This document shows positions 38,180 to 49,397 of a stretch of 64,000 nucleotides of DNA, one piece after another (position 1 is the first letter of the stretch; each line of letters opens with the position of its first letter). This stretch comes from Macrostomum lignano. Lineage: Eukaryota. The position numbers and the translations under genes are program-made. The stretch covers positions 14,487 through 78,486 of the forward strand of contig NIVC01001896.1 of the NCBI GenBank assembly GCA_002269645.1. The letters run 5' to 3'. The notes under the pieces are model-generated. The model had not been told where the DNA came from. It saw only the letters and a program-made list of their open reading frames with translations, and made no database searches.

Positions 38180-38550
38180 AGACCTAAATTTCATAACACC
38201 TAAAACCAAATTAAAACTGCAGCCTCCTTCACTTCACATTGCCTACTACATTTCATATTGCGGCATTGCCTAAATTTCCTAATGCCAAAAACCAATAATG
38301 CAGCCTCCTTCAGGTCGCCTAAATTTCACAACACCGAAAATCTCCGCATGCTCCTTCCCATTCAGTTTTAGTTGTAGTGAACTTTAGGCTAGGGGATATG
38401 AAATTTAATTTAGTCAATATGAAGGAGGCTGCATGCCTGCATTTTCTGTTTTAGAGGAGTTATGAAATTTAGGCGATGTGAAAGAGCATGCAGATATTTT
38501 AGGCTAGGCGTTGTGAAATTTAGTCGATATGAAATTTAGGCGTTGTGAAG
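38180..38550. mobile_element. Degenerate foldback/MITE-like element made of inverted sub-repeats
   Basis: CCTAAATTTCATAAC and TGCAGCCTCCTTC in the left half; their reverse complements GTTATGAAATTTAGG and GAAGGAGGCTGCA in the right half. No TSD identified. Confidence 0.5.
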
Positions 38551-38939
38551 TATGGTGGTTCTAAGTGTTGATTGCACAAGTAAATACGTTGCAAAAATAT
38601 AGTAAAGAGTTAAACAGTGTCAGTACACATATGACAGTATCAATAAAACTGAACTGTTTCGCGGAAAAGACTGTCTTTAGATAATCCACGCTGTAAGCAA
38701 TACAACAAAGTAAAAATTTAGTACTTTAAATTTTTTTGTAATGTCCATAGTAATGCGCACTTATTATGAATTAAAAAACAATTTTAGTCCGATCGATTAT
38801 TTTCTTTTGGTACTTTTTATCTTCTGTTTTTGATTACAATTCTTTTTAGTTCACCGCAATCATCTTATTTTACTTAGACATAAATTCGATTAGTGCGTGC
38901 AGGCCATACAAGAATAGTTTTATTCATGTTTATTTGATA

Positions 38940-41900
38940 ATGACGGAAGTAATATCAGAAAAGTATGTTTTATCCGACTCCATGGCCAAAACTAGGCCTG
39001 GAACCGAAGTTTTTTATCGTACAGATGCCAACGCCGGGCTGAATGATATTCGTAGATTTCAACAAGAGAGATTTCGTCGCATTCATAGATTTCCTCCTTA
39101 TCGAGGCTCAGCGGATGCAAAAAGCTTCGGAAAAGAATCGTCGCCGGAGTTTAAAAAGTTTGAAGACAGCGGGCTGCAGCGCTGCGCAGCACCGTATCGC
39201 GATTACGAAAGCATCGTTGATCCCATCTCCGGTAGCATCGGCGCTGGAGCTGCTTTTGTACGAGGACTGCCTGGCCGTCCTATTGGAGTTTACGCGCACA
39301 ATGACGGGCCTCAGTACAACCGACCGCAGGTAATTAATAAGGACAGGGGCGGGCGTACACCCCCAGTACATGTAAAAGATATATGGCGGGGCGACATGCC
39401 AATGCTTTGTCTCCCCCACCCCACCTTGTGACCCGTTATGGAAATCAATAATTTTGCTGCAGGGTGCCAAAATGAGTGCCTGTGGCGCTAAAATGAGTGC
39501 CCGCGGCGCCAAAATGAGTGTGCCTGCGGCGCTAGAATGAGTGCCTCCGGTGCTAAAATGAGTGCCCACAGCGATAAAATGAGTTCGTGCGGCGCCAAAT
39601 GACTGCCTGCGGAGCCAAAATAAGTGCTGACAACACTGATTAGTCATGTATACATGCACATGTATAATTGCTGGCTTTGTCCCCAACCATAAAATCCATG
39701 GCGACGCCCCTTAATAAGGAATAAAGAATAAATGGATGTCAACTTAGCCTGAAAGTAGAAATCGCTAATTTACTGTGGAGATGGTCAACTAACTTATAAC
39801 AGTATTGGTCCGTACCGACTCAGAATTTGAGCTGTTTATCGTTCCGCTGAATAATTAGTTTAGGTAAGTAACATCTAGGTTTTTTTCCCGTTAGTATCCT
39901 GCATTAGTTGGTATTCAGACTAGCGTTAAGTGAACGAGATTCGACACTCGTAGCCGATCGAATCATATGAAGGCCCTCCGCGCCTCCGTATTTCTATCTT
40001 CAACGCGCGTTTTCCTAACAATCTGACCCAAATCTAAATCCTATCCCCCAGACGATCCACTCCATTCGCAAAGGCATGCCGGGTGCCTACCCGGAAATCG
40101 ATCGGGCCAGCGAGACCGAACCGCCCGGCCTGCCGGCCCACCAGAAACTGGTCGGTCCCGGCTACACCCGCGCCGTGCAGGGCGGCTGGACAAGCGGCAC
40201 GGATCAAACTCCGGAATCGGCCAAGTTGACTCTGCTCTGCCATCTGCCCAAGGCGCGGCCGGACATGTCCGAGAGGGACCGGCTGGCCTATAAGTACATC
40301 TACACGTCCACTACTCAGTCGTGAGTGAATTTTAAATCTCTAAAGGGTCGTACTATAAAGCTGTCGTAGCGTAAGTTCGATCGTACGTCGGAACTTTTAC
40401 ACTGCGGAGAGAGGAGCTAAGAACGCTCGTATCTTACGATGGCTTTATAGAACGGGACCTATATATCCGCAATGTAAAATAAATAAATACACACTAAAAC
40501 TAAGTAGTTTACAAGTAGTATAACGACTATTTATTTTAAACACAGTTATTTAAAGGAAACTTTATTTATGATGCAACGCATTCAACGGAAAATCAGCATT
40601 TTTGCTTGTTTATTTCCGGCCCTGTGTGATGACGCACAAGAACATTTTTGTTCAACACGCTTAGGTCATTTAGACAGAAGATACTATTTAAATTTCGCAT
40701 TACCTACCCGATACACACTACTATTAGTGCGTACGAGGCTGTGCCAGCCGAGGACATGCCAAGAGGCGGCTACAAGCGCTTCCCGCCAACCCACACGTTG
40801 GAGGCCCACGCTGACCCGGTGTCGCTGACCAACAATTCAAAAAAGACGCTGCCACCAGCTCAGACTTGGTGCTCTCAGGTGAGATTTGGGTAGTTTCGCT
40901 GAGATTGGGATTTGGTATTTTCTCTGTCTATTGGGTATCTTTTATGCAGATTGGGTATCTTCTCTGTCTACTGGGTATTTTTTCTGTCTATTGGGTCTCT
41001 TTTCTGTCTATTGGGTATCTTTTCTGTCTATTGGGTATCTTCTCTGTCTATTGGGTATCTTCTCCGTCTATTGGGTATCTTTTCTGTCTATTGGGTATCT
41101 TTTCTGTCTATTGGGTATCTTTTCTGTCTATTGGGTATCTTTTCTGTCTATTGGGTATCTTCATTCTCTGTCTATTGGGTATCTTTTCTGTCTATTGGGT
41201 ATCTTCTCTGTCTATTGGGTATCTTATCCGTCTACTGGGTATCTTCTCCGGCTATTAGATATCATTTCCGCCTATCCTGTATCTACCTTAACTATCCGGC
41301 ATCTTTCATTAGCTATCGGGTACCTTTCAAAGAAACCAATTTACTCGTTAATACTCTTCTTTACACACAGGAGCGCGGTCTAACCTGGGACTTCAAGCAA
41401 CTGAGGCCCGACTATTACAATCGGCAGCGGCCATACACCTAGTAAGTACCCAAAGACACCCCACATATCGTTGCCTTCATTGTAACAGCCAAAAAGATAT
41501 TAAACAACGATCCAAAATCTTTTTATTTAAAACTGCAGCTGCAGCGTGGCCCGTCGCACCGACCATCTGCCCACCTACTCGGGCTGCGTTGGCGCCGACA
41601 ATCCGCAAGAAATTGACAACCCGTACGAGCCGCTCCGGCCCTACACTGTGCTGCGCAATCCGCAGCCTAAGTTTGGCGTCAGCGGAGCGTAAGCTGGATT
41701 TAGTTTTATTGCTTCACTGGCACAGTGGGTCCATTCGCCTCGCCTCTATCCGCCTCGATATTTCCGTCACACACCCAACCATATTCTAGACCAACCCAAA
41801 TCAACCCCTATCGCGCCTAGCTAAGTGCCGTCACACACCCACCCCATTTGAAAAAACCCCTCCGAATCAACCCCCATCGCACCTAGCTAGGTGCCGCCAC

Positions 41901-42359
41901 ACACCCACCCCATTTTAAACTTCTCCAAATCAACCCCCATCGCGCCTAGCTAAGTGCCGCCACACACCCACCCCATTTCAAACTCCTCCAAATCAACCCC
42001 CTTCATTTCGTATGCTTGTAGCCGAAACACCCTCAAAGTATTCAGAAAATAAGTTTGAACCAGACCATATTCCTAGCAAATCTTTCTTTCGAATCACTGC
42101 TCGCTGCAGTCCAACCGACATCCCCGGCTACACGGGACGTCGAGCTGCGGTGCAGTCCAGCGTCGGGCCTCGAACAAGTCAGCAGCAGCAGCAGCAGTCG
42201 GTGAGCAGCGTCGCTCATCCGGCGATGCCAGCGAGACTCGCATCGACTTCATCAACGTGCCACGGTCGCTTCGGCAATCTGTCCAGCGTGGTGACCACTG
42301 TGGAGCCGAAGAATCCGTTCGGAGGTGCTGCCACCCGGACAACGTCACCGCCTCAGTAG
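38940..42359 (+). CDS. SPATA48: SPATA48/C7orf72-like protein, about 424 aa. Exons 38940-39329, 40052-40320, 40728-40878, 41371-41441, 41545-41688, 42110-42359
   Basis: Six exons join in phase (0,2,0,2,2) to 1275 nt. Motifs DPISG, KYIYTSTTQSAYEAVP, TLEAHADPVS, TDHLPTYSGCVGADN...IDNP, IPGYTG and GNLSSVVTTVEPKNPF recall SPATA48 from memory, so family identity needs a search. AATAAA at 42412. Confidence 0.65.
39455..39620. repeat. Degenerate GGCGCCAAAATGAGTG repeat, related to the 22.5-kb array
   Basis: About 7 units sharing the gcgccaaaatgag core. Confidence 0.7.
40915..41250. repeat. 20-bp minisatellite (TCTGTCTATTGGGTATCTTT)n
   Basis: Direct tandem copies in a SPATA48-like intron. Confidence 0.94.
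41775..42000. repeat. ~63-bp unit x3 (AAATCAACCCCCATCGCGCCTAGCTAAGTGCCGCCACACACCCACCCCATTT...)
   Basis: AATCAA anchors at 41799, 41865, 41928 and 41991. Confidence 0.9.
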
Positions 42360-45300
42360 CAGCAACAGTAGAGTTTTGTAAAACAACTTTTTTAGCGGCA
42401 GTTTCGGCTTCAATAAATGTTCGATTTTAGATTTTCGCAAATTCTAACAAATCTACATATACATATTTGGGATAGCTTCAGAAAGACTTGTATCGTTTCT
42501 AGGTCGAATCCTTTTTTGAACTAAAAAACACTCATAAATTACATGTAGAATTCTGGAAAAGTTTTCGGTGTTAACTACGACCACACTTCAATAAGTTCCT
42601 AGAAAATGCAGAAATATACAATTGAAGAGAGAATTAGTAGCACACACCAAAAGTTCCTGACTATAAATTTGTTTACTTGATTTTTGGGTGATGAGATGCC
42701 TCAAAGAGATTTTTTCTGAGTATTTTCAACAGCTGATAGCTAATATTCATATTCAATGACGCTGAGCTTTCTCGGATCTCAAAATAACATCTTATACTAA
42801 TTAAATTACTCTAATATTGATTTTCATACCACGTGTACATGTACTTTAATATCACAGACTAACTTTGTGCTTAACTTACAGGTCACGCCAGGTTCAGGAA
42901 GATGGCCTTATATTTTTAGCTTGTACTTTCGTTGGTGTATTTTTTGTTTTAAGTTCAAATATTGCTTGTAAGAGATATGCCTTTAGTTTTTCCTAGACAA
43001 GTGCCTGTTTTTAATTTATATCTATAAGAGTCCGTTTGCACTACTGAACAGTTTTAAGTAGCATAGCGCGATGGCGAATTGAAATAAAAGCGTTGAAATC
43101 ATTGTAAGACTATCGTTTTTAGCTTGTTTTACTCTGCTATGAAAGATACTTAATTGAATTCTTCCAAGAAAGCTTATCGATCCCAAGATTGTTTGTTTAA
43201 CTAATATATGAAATGCTATCTGTCGTTTTAATCAGGCGATTTAAACCAATATTTATATCACCATTGTTTATGAAATATGTTTAATTTTTTGGTAGCAACC
43301 CGGACATTAAATCGAATTTTATCAATTTAGAAACCAACGAATCTGTCAAAGTTTTTGCACCGCTCTTTCGCTGACAATATTTGAATAAAATGTCTTAATA
43401 ATTTGAATAAAATAATTCCAACCTAACGCATTTGTATTCTCGTGAGACTTTCTGTGTGTTTTTTATTTGCTGATTATTAGGACTTCATGCTAATTTGAAT
43501 GTCAATCGTTACAAATTATCGTTGTCAAAACATCCGAATTTCTAGAAACATTTTTGAAAATATCGACAGTCTGAAGGGCAAGGGACATAGTTAACTGGTG
43601 GTCTTGCATTCTGTGCTTAAGGTTAGGACTGATCTCACCGTATCGTCTGTCTGACTTTCCCCGCATCGTCTATCGGTCCCTCACCGCATTGTCTATCGGA
43701 CTCTCACCGCTGGACTCTCTCATTTTATTTTGTGGGGCAGATATGTAAGCCGCAGAAAATCATCATATCTTCTATTCCGTGGCTGTCAGCCAACCCAAGA
43801 CACTGAGTCAGCAGTACACAGCGCCTTAGGCGGGTATCGGCATCAAGTAAGAGGAGAGGCAGAGAGATGAAGAACCGTCACCGCAGTGCACGTCTCGTCT
43901 CGCTCGCTATGTGAACCCTTCTGCCACAAAATACATTCACCCACTGGGATCTGCTATCCTCGGGTCCTTGTTTCCTTTTTCCTACGACCGCCACTTGTTA
44001 GTTGCATTTGACACCTTATATAAATCGTAACATTTATAAACAGTGTGAATGCCATCACTACTGATAGGGATGATAATCGACTGTCATTTAGGAACTATCG
44101 TAAGAACTATTACAAATAAGACTTCGCTTTTAGGTTTTAGGTTTTAGGTTTTAGGGAATTATTAGGGAATTGCACTGTTATCAGAGTGTGGTGGAGCGTA
44201 GCAGTTGAGGACAGCTGCACTCTTACAAAATGCCACAAGCGCTCGAGGACGGCAGTGCAAAGGGCGAGTGCAGGCCGCCCTAAAAGTCTGCTTCCACTTT
44301 AAAGGGTTGCATGCCTTTATGTGGGGGTGGGGGGGTTAATTACATTCTGAACACTGAGACACTCCAGACGTCGCAAGAGTGAGGGAGACCATGGGAATCG
44401 GCCGGAATTGCGACGATGTCTGGAAGGCGTGAGAAGTTGCTAACGCGGACAGTTTTGCAGTGACTGCATCGGGAAATTTCACTATAAATAAGCGAGGAAT
44501 TAAATGCCTAATCTTTACTCGCTTTACTAACTTCTGACTTGCTTGAAAAACTCGTTTGCACATCGTTGTTGTGATCTAAGCGTACCTATTGCTTCTGCAG
44601 ACACCTGTGAATGGTGGGTAAGACTGAGCACTGCCATGGCTATTGATATATGAATATTAGCGTATTGGTCTCAGACCAAGTAGATAGGCGTAAGCTATAT
44701 ACAATACGAGATAGATTATTGGAGTAGCTTAGTTATACCGTAGTGTCTCGGACTTATTCTCTCTGCCTGTAGCTCGCTTATCTGTTTACCTACTTACTTA
44801 TTCAAACCGTAAAACGAAGTTATCAAATTTACTATTTGGTTAATCGGAAACTACCGTCTACCTCGTTTGTTTTAGCGGAGTTATTATTACTCATATGTAG
44901 GCTCGTAAGTTTCTAGTTAGCGGCCGGCTAGAGCCTTATACTCTGTCTCCGACATCAGCATCTTTTTTGCTATATTTTTCCGCTAGCAGTATGAATCTCA
45001 GAGCCTACTCTTCTCCCCAGCCGTAATGTCGGCAGCTTTACAACCAAGATCGCGATTCGCTGTGTTTTATTATATAGTTAAATTGATTTTAATGTTTACT
45101 TATAACCTAGCTTGGAGTCTCCGTCCATATATACTCAGCAACAGCTAAAACCCCCCCACTCACGCTGTCACACGGCCTAAAAGTTTTGTATGCTGTGACG
45201 TTGCTAGTTTAAGTGGTCCCGCAAAAGGGCCGATGGACTATAGTTTCCCTTGCAATTTCTCATTTTAATTTCTCCAATAGTTTATTTTAACGTTTATTTG

Positions 45301-46133
45301 TAGTAGCGTGCAAATAATCTGTATCAACTGCTAATTCACTGTGTATTTGGTAGTCCTTGCGCTCGTCTGTGAATTTTGGCACGATCGATAATTTCAAGTT
45401 CTCTCGCCAGCCAATGAAAAATCTCCGCGTGTATTTTGCTAGCCCTCTGCGCTCTTTATTAACCCCCGCCTGGCGGCGGGCCCCTCACCTTCTTCTCCTT
45501 CGCTCCTTCTCCTGCCTTCTGTCTGGTTTCGGGCTGCCTCGAGCCCCCTTTATCTCTCGCCACGGCTCCTCTGACTGGGCCAGCCTGTTTACACTACCTG
45601 CCACTGTCTGCCACGGCTAACGCCAATCTCACCACTACGCATCTGCCTCTTCTGTGCTCATCGCCGTTACTCACCACGTTGCATCGCCTTGCATCACTCG
45701 CCTGCCACTTGACTGCAATTTCTAACTCACCTTCAATTCAAAACCATTGTTGCAGCCGCCAGTGTCCCAAAGCGCAATAAGTTCTATATTGACATTAACC
45801 AATTCGAATATTGATCTCAACAATAAATCAGTTACGGCAGTTCCCTGCCTTGTACGCCAAGTGCTCCGCTACACAATCCGCTTCTCAAGACTTGACTCGA
45901 TTCATTTTGGGACTACGACTTACGACAACTCTCGTAAAACGGCCCTTCTAAGGGTCATAGCCTCTACGCCAATAACGTGACAATGCCATCGGTGACTCAG
46001 AAATGTGTGAAGGCTGCCGCCGCCAGACGCAAGCGCAAAGTGCGGCATGGGGGATTTGGGGAGGGGGTGGCGCAACTCAACCGACTGGTGGCTGCATTGC
46101 GCAATGGTAAACCATCAGTAGTTAAAGAGGAGG

Positions 46134-46322
46134 GTGCCCCACAGAGGAGTTCAGCAGGATGCCCCACAGAATGCTGAACAGTTGCGACTGGCGGTGCTGA
46201 ATGCCTGGCAGCAGCTGCCCCAAGAGTTCATCAACCGGCTGGTGATCAGGATGCCACGACGAGTCACGGCACTTTTGCATGCTCTCACAAATAAATATTG
46301 GGGTTTGATTATGCAACTGTAG
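46134..46322 (+). pseudogene. C-terminal fragment of a Tc1/mariner transposase
   Basis: PQNAEQLRLAVLNAWQQLPQEFINRLVIRMPRRVTALLHA..KY matches the Tc1 C-terminal pattern (L..W..IP...I..L..SMP.R..A...). No DDE core or TIRs seen. Confidence 0.55.
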
Positions 46323-47228
46323 CAAGAAATTTCAGGAAGCTACGGATAACGGCGAGTTGTACCGCTCAGAACTGAGGCCTCATCTATTTCATAGGCATTT
46401 GGATTTTCCATCCCCTGCCGCCAATGTCGTGATCAGAAATGGCAGGGGCTTAAAAAACAATTATATCAAGATTTTCTCTGGTTCAAAACATTAAACTTGT
46501 GTGTTTCGACGGGGCGAGGGTAGATTAGCTGGTGTTGAGCGTTTTTTCTTTGCTTGAGTTGGAGCAATTAGAGGAGGTCATTATTTGAGCATTTTGTGAC
46601 TCGGTTCGCAGGTCCACCCCTCGGTTGCTGCGCTTCTCTGGGTCCGCCGCCGGTCTTGGGTGCGCTCGCTCCTCCTCACCCTCCGGCGGACTCCGGCCCG
46701 GCCACGTGCTGCGCTCATTAATCTTCTGCTGCTGGCTGGCCTCGCCTGTCAACCGCCTCGTCCAAACTCGCCGTCTCGCCTTTTCTTCTGTCTGGAATGG
46801 ATGGCGGCTGCTGTAGTCTTGTCACACTCCAGTTGCCTTCCACTGTGGGCCTCTATTGTCTCATTTATTGGCTCTATCTTTCTCATTGTGCCACTATTAT
46901 ACTTGAGCTGGCCTCGCCTCACTCTGCGCAATTCTTGGCTTGGCTCGTTTTCTGCGTGGCTCTTTCATATGAATTTGTGAACACCATACAGTGATATACG
47001 GAAAGACGGATATACGGATATATTGGCATATGGATAATACGGATATGCAGATGCATGGACATCTGGATAATACGAATATGCAGATACATGGATATCTGGA
47101 TAATACGGATATGCGAATCCTCTCAGCGCAGTGTCAATCGGGTATATATATTCCTAGTCTTGCCGCGGCCCTCATCGCCTTGGTCAGAACTCAGTCAAGC
47201 ACTCTAACAAGCTCAACTTGCAGCCAAA

Positions 47229-48634
47229 ATGCAGTCCTGGACTCTGCTCACCGCCCTTCTGCTGGGTCTCGCCTGCTGCACGGTTTCTGCAGATGCCAAC
47301 GGACAGTCGGGTTACATGGACGTGAGCAGCTTCGCTCGAGTCGGCACCACCACATTCAAAGGATCGAAGTTGGGCGTCTTTGAAATCGATGGCGTTCGCG
47401 TTGCCGAGCCGAGAGTCTCGTTCCAGTCCTCATGCAGTGCCGTGGAGTTCAGTCGGATGTACATGAAGTACCAACTGACTCTGTCGATTTGCATCGATCC
47501 CAATACGCTCCGATCGCGCAAGGGCTCGTCGAAGAAAGTCGGCCGCGTGTCGATCATCGGGCTGAATGTGAAGGCGGACCGAGGCTTGTCCAGCCGACAA
47601 TCTGGAGTTTCCGTGATGGCGAATGTGAAAAAATCGGGCAGGAGTGCCGACCTCGTCTTCCTGTGCAGCTCGTTCCGCAGGTGCCGGTACCTCAGAGACG
47701 AGCTCGTGAGCAACCGGCGGAACTTCGGCCGAACGCTGCAGTTCGAAGCTCTCGGCAGAGTCGGCAGCATTCCGGTGAGGTTCGGCTTCAGAAAGAGCGC
47801 CAACCTGCCGAGGCTGAGGTGCAACCGGAACCGCTGGATCGTGTTCCAGAGGCGGGTCGACGGCAGCCTCTCGTTCGCTCAGAACTGGGACTCCTATGTG
47901 AAGGGATTCGGAAATCCCAGCTCCAACTACTGGATGGGTGAGTTAAGCAGTAGCGGAGATAAAATGCAACATGAAAGCCCTCATTCCGGGGCTCTTCTTA
48001 GTTGATGTCTGTGCTCGTTCAGTACCTAAAATTCCTTTCATGCTTCGGTAATTAGTCTATGGAGAACTACAGGTACCTTGTCGAATTACCTTGTCGAATT
48101 AATGTCGAGTCACTTTGAATAAAGTTGCAAACCTTGCAAACATTGCGCAAATGCCTAAAAATATCATAGTTGGTTCTCTATTCCCAACCCACAGGCTTGG
48201 CGCGTCTGTCCGAGATGACGAAAACCGGTTCAGAGCGGCTGACTTCCCGGTGCCGGTTGAGAATCGAGGCCCAGAGCTTCAGAGGCAGGAAGTACAGAGC
48301 CGAGTTCAGAATGTTTCAAGTGCTCGGTCCTGAGCAGCAGTACCGCCTGCGCGTCGGACTGCAGGTCGGCCGGTCGGCACTGGGCAACGCGTTTCAGGCG
48401 CACAACGATCTGAGGTTCAGCACATTCGACAGAGATCACGACACCTGGAAGCATTCGTGCTCTCAAATATACGGCTACGGTGGTTGGTGGTTTAGCAGGT
48501 GCCACAGCGTGAACCTGAACGGAGCCTACACCACCAACAGGGAGATCACTAACGATCCAACGTACATGAGCTTCCACTTGCGTGGGAAATACGTTCCAAT
48601 GAGGCGCAGTCTGATGAAATTCAGGTGCTATTGA
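47229..48634 (+). CDS. Secreted fibrinogen-related domain (FReD) protein, 382 aa. Exons 47229-47937 and 48195-48634
   Basis: Signal peptide MQSWTLLTALLLGLACCTVSA. FReD motifs WIVFQRRVDGSLSFAQNWDSYVKGFG, NYWMG|L, FSTFDRDHD, GGWWFSRCHSVNLNG. Phase-1 GT-AG intron joins in frame. Confidence 0.88.
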
Positions 48635-49397
48635 TCTTCCGCTCGTGCTGTTCAGCAGACAGTTCTGACTCATGACTGCTTATTTTTTATTCAAGATTTC
48701 TTGGTACACGGTGCTTTTCTGAATTCGGGTTTTAAAATCAATACAATTACTATCTTTTAGCTTTCTCACGTGAGAACAGACTCAAAGTTTCTACAAATAT
48801 GACAAGAGGAAAACGAAAAATAGATATCATTTATTCTTGTGGATTTTACAATAGCCACACGGTGTTTTCGTGAAGTTTTTATTCATGATTGTGAGATGCG
48901 ATCAATGTTAAATATACAGTAAAAAGTGTTTCTTTAAAATATCAAAAATCCGATCTTTGTTTGCTTTTTACTTTGCTCTCCAAACAGTGAAATCGGCCTG
49001 TCCTAACGCAAAGAATATTAAGATGCATTCATTCATACAAATTAAGCAAGGGGCTTTCGAGCACCGGCCTTCTCCGCATTTTAAGAACACAAAAACAGTC
49101 TGAATGTGTCTGTGAGTTCTGGTAGAAGCCAAGCTTGGAATGGATAAGAGAATATTCGATGGAGAGTATTTTACTGCTATTCTTCAGTAGGCAAAAGAGC
49201 TTGTAGAGAGTTAAAGAGACAAAGGCTCCGCTTGTTTTAGCAAGTGTAGCTTAGCAATCGCTGATTGCTTACAAGCATTCTAAGAGCTGGCAGAAACCTG
49301 CACAAGTACAAACATCGATAAGTACATTTGCTGAGGTTTGTCGAGTTTCGGTCTTTTATTGCAAGATTGTTGCTATGTGCAAGACTCTAGTTGCCTT

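Noticed and set aside
44128-44156. (TTTTAGG)4 as an interstitial telomere
   Set aside because: Only four units and not the TTAGGG motif; compatible with chance slippage.
45295-45880. Possible solo LTR (TGTAGTAG start, CCAAT, C/T-rich body)
   Set aside because: No matching inverted end or TSD found.
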